Below are positions 63,470 to 64,000 of a DNA stretch of 64,000 bases, piece after piece (the stretch's first letter is position 1; each line of letters begins with the position of its first letter). This DNA comes from Lama glama (Eukaryota): positions 94,800,001 through 94,864,000 of the forward strand of contig CM052816.1 of the NCBI GenBank assembly GCA_028534125.1, written 5' to 3'. Made by a program: the position numbers and the translations under genes. Below the pieces are notes generated by a model. The model saw only the letters and a program-made list of their open reading frames with translations, had not been told where the DNA came from and did not search any database.

Positions 63470-64000
63470 CCCAACGATAAGATACCACTGCAATCTATCA
63501 GAAAGGCCAAAATCCAGAACACAAACGCCACCAAATGACGGTGAGGATGTGGACTGCCGGTGCGAATGCAAAAAGGTACCACTACTTTGGAAGACAGGTT
63601 GGTGGTTTCTTGCAAAACTAAACATACTCTCACTGCACAATCCAGCAGTAGCTCTCCTTGGTATTTCCCCAAAGAAGTTGAAAACTTATGTCCACACAGA
63701 AACCTGCACAAGGATGTTTCCAGTAGCTTTCTTCCTAACTGCCAAAACTTGGAAGCAACCAAGATGTCTTTTAGTAGGTGAATGGATAAATACACTATGT
63801 TACCTCTAGACAATGGAAAATTATCCAGCACTAAAAAGAAACAAGCTTTCAAGCCATGAAAAGACATGGAGGAATCTTAAATGCACATTACTAGGTGAAA
63901 GCAGCCAATCTGAAAACGCTACTTGCTGGATGATTCCAACTATGTGACATTCGGGAAAAGGCAAAACCGTGGAGACTGTGAAAAGATGAGTGGTTTCCAG
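63470..64000 (+). mobile_element. L1MC-type LINE-1 (ORF2 end and 3' UTR), runs off the window
   Basis: ORF 63549-63809 contains LLGISPKKLKTYVHTETCTRMF...TAKTWKQPRCLLVGEWIN, followed by 'gaatcttaaatgcacattactaggtgaaag.agccaatctgaaa'. Confidence 0.92.

Noticed and set aside
1..64000. Prokaryotic-type systems (CRISPR, operons, IS elements)
   Set aside because: The sequence is mammalian, with no regularly spaced repeat-spacer array or gene-dense ORF structure.

Overview
This is mammalian (eutherian) non-coding genomic DNA with three assembly gaps (500, 100 and 500 N). I find no supportable protein-coding gene, rRNA, tRNA gene or CRISPR array. The ORF track is explained by transposon remnants, low-complexity tracts, N-runs and chance. 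The window is a mosaic of eutherian repeats: MLT1/MLT2 and ERV1 LTRs, L1, L2, MIR, MER20/MER58A and Tigger. Younger L1 3' ends and LTRs resemble cetartiodactyl, possibly camelid, families. I saw no Alu, B1, Bov-A/BovB or PRE1, so the species assignment is inference only. The most notable structures are: (1) a full-length U6 snRNA copy fused to an L1 3' tail and inserted in an MLT1 LTR, with strongly AT-to-GC-biased substitutions; (2) a two-LTR ERV1 (MER34/MER4-group-like) provirus with TSD, PPT and a decayed tRNA-Ser-like PBS, nested in an MLT2 LTR and carrying a twin-primed L1; (3) a three-level MER20 > Tigger-like MITE > LTR nest with junction duplications still readable; (4) a frameshifted ERVL-class pol fossil invisible to the ORF track; (5) a 68-bp copy of an LTR/flank junction 1.7 kb from its source; (6) several repeat-free, homeobox-motif-dense blocks that look like conserved enhancers. 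I did not find a new biological system. Repeat family names come from recalled consensus sequences and need Dfam/RepeatMasker confirmation.
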